In this document: positions 62,340 to 64,000 of the stretch, piece by piece
Layout of the letters: each line of letters opens with the position of its first letter
Position numbering within the stretch: the stretch's first letter is position 1
NCBI GenBank assembly: GCA_002269645.1
Contig: NIVC01000284.1
Location: forward strand, 620,001-684,000
Direction of reading: 5' to 3'
DNA from: Macrostomum lignano
Lineage: Eukaryota
Length of the DNA stretch: 64,000 nucleotides
Notes under the pieces: generated by a model
Told to the model about the DNA's origin: nothing
Databases searched by the model: none
Seen by the model: only the letters and a program-made list of their open reading frames with translations
Program-made: the position numbers and the translations under genes

Positions 62340-63470
62340 GGTGAAAGTAAATAACGTTTACATTGGTTTAATACACCAATCTTGAGAGTATAGTCCGAGT
62401 GATGTAAGTGCTCAATCGTGTTCTTAAATAGCGAGGGCCATTGACCATAGGCGAGAGTTAGGGCTGAAGTTTCACAATGCCCTCGCAGACAGAAATCTCT
62501 GTGACAGTCCAAAGGTTCCTTAAAATTCGGAATATTCTCCCAATGAATTGCAATGGTTTTTGAAGTTTTTAAATGTTTGCTTTTAATCCTCAATTGTTTC
62601 GCTGTTAAAATTATTTTAAAACAAATCTTTTACTAACTATTTCATCTGATCCATCCATATTGTGTCTTTTTTCAAGAAAGTCCACTGATAATTGAGTGCC
62701 GTGTTTGAAGCAACAACTACCGCCATCCACAATGTTGCTACCTGTAGTATGTTTCTTCTGCATAATGTTTTTACCTGTAGCCGTATTGCTTTCGCTTTGG
62801 CAATAAAATTTTAATTATTTTTTTGTAGTTTCAATAACCGCGTCCTTTATACAAAACTGTCGTGATCCATAGCTACATGGAGAAGCTTCACGTAAAACTA
62901 TTTATTTATTTATTTTGCCTAGTTTGCCTTTCCACTTTATATCTGCGTAGGTTTCCTTTATTGACTTATTCTACGCTTTTTTGTTTGTCTTTGAAACTGA
63001 TTACTACGATTTATAATTGCTAAAACTAGCTAATTAAAAGGATATATTAGATCGCTTTACTCTTAATGATGCATGTGTTACATCGTTTAACATACTGTAA
63101 ATCGTTGCGTGGTTTATTTTATTTATATTTAATTTTTATATTTTATATTTTTACTCATGTATAATATATTTATTTATTTTTTTTTTTTTTTTTTATATTT
63201 TATATTTTTACTCATGTACTTTTTTTAAATGCGAGCGTAATTGTCTCTACCTTTTAGTTTAGATGTACTTAAGACTACAAGTAAACCATCTCGTTCAATT
63301 TTTATTAAAAAGCAGATACTTTTGTTTTAAATGCATGTATTTAGGTGACTAGAAATTCAAAACCATACCAATTTGTCTAATGCTCGATGCATACTACTGT
63401 CAAGAAACAAATAAGTATAGATCAGCTAACATGAGCAGATGAGCAGATGACATTAAGAATCGATGAGAAT

Positions 63471-63655
63471 TGCTCCGGAGTTTCTCTCGCAGCCCGGACC
63501 CAGCGAGATCAGCTGTGGCTTCCTGTGCAGCCTGAGACCGGACTGCTTCGGCTTCTACTGGCTGCTCAGAGCGTGTCGGCTGTTCGACTTGCAGGCGTTT
63601 CTCAATGCCAACGCCTGGGTCAGCACCGGCTCGTGCGACGTTTTTAGAGTCGGTA
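63471..63655 (+). pseudogene. 5'-truncated paralog of the PAN exon of the 53.5-kb lectin gene
   Basis: Close nucleotide and protein match to about 53627-53811 (PEFLSQP..SC.F.CSLRP.CFGFYWLL.ACRLFDLQAFLNA.AWVSTG.CDVF), ending at an equivalent donor. No signal-peptide part and no in-phase second exon are seen before the window end. Confidence 0.7.
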
Positions 63656-64000
63656 GGAACTATAAAATTTGCCATGTTGTTCTGACGGTGTGAATGTTAA
63701 CTACATCAGCAACCAAGAACTTCAGCGCGGCGCCCTGATGAACATGCAGCGGCCCGGGCTCGATTCCAAGTGCAGTCACATTAACTTGGGGCTGAATTGG
63801 AATCTCGGCTTAGCTCTGCTCGTGCAATTAACACCCTTGAGGGCCAACCCCCCAAGGCACAGTGAAGTGTACATGCCTAACGATAAATAAAGTTAGGGCC
63901 GCTGTACACTCCTGTGCGAGTGTGTGCCTGCGTACGTATCCGCGTGCTTGCCTCTTGCCGGTTGTGTGCCAATGTCGCTTAAAGTGTGCCAGGGTGCACA

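Overview
This is eukaryotic (metazoan) genomic DNA, not prokaryotic. GC-rich, Ala/Pro-rich exons are separated by AT-rich introns packed with mini- and microsatellites and transposon relics. The style resembles the flatworm Macrostomum lignano (inference only). No rRNA, functional tRNA or CRISPR array is supported. I joined ORF-track fragments by hand using GT/AG sites and phase checks. That gave these spliced genes: a 714-aa EnSpm/CACTA transposase plus the first exon of its accessory gene (minus strand, 1-4.3 kb); a 3-exon two-TM protein (15.4-18.3 kb); a 248-aa ORF with a Ski7/HBS1L-like FxFDxPSPDD motif (20.4-21.2 kb); a 6-exon, 794-aa single-pass protein whose disordered tail is rich in tyrosine signalling motifs (29.3-47.7 kb); an orphan minus-strand ORF (51.8-52.4 kb); and a small cluster of secreted PAN/Apple-domain genes (PAN + F-type lectin, PAN + ALK/LTK-type glycine-rich domain, and a truncated paralog). 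Mobile DNA includes a TIR element with a perfect 7-bp TSD carrying a LINE fragment, a three-level hAT-like/foldback/MITE nest, three tRNA-derived CORE-like SINEs, and a 2.27-kb Gypsy (Mag-like) LTR element that keeps gag-protease but has lost RT-RH-INT. All family assignments come from motif recognition, not database searches.
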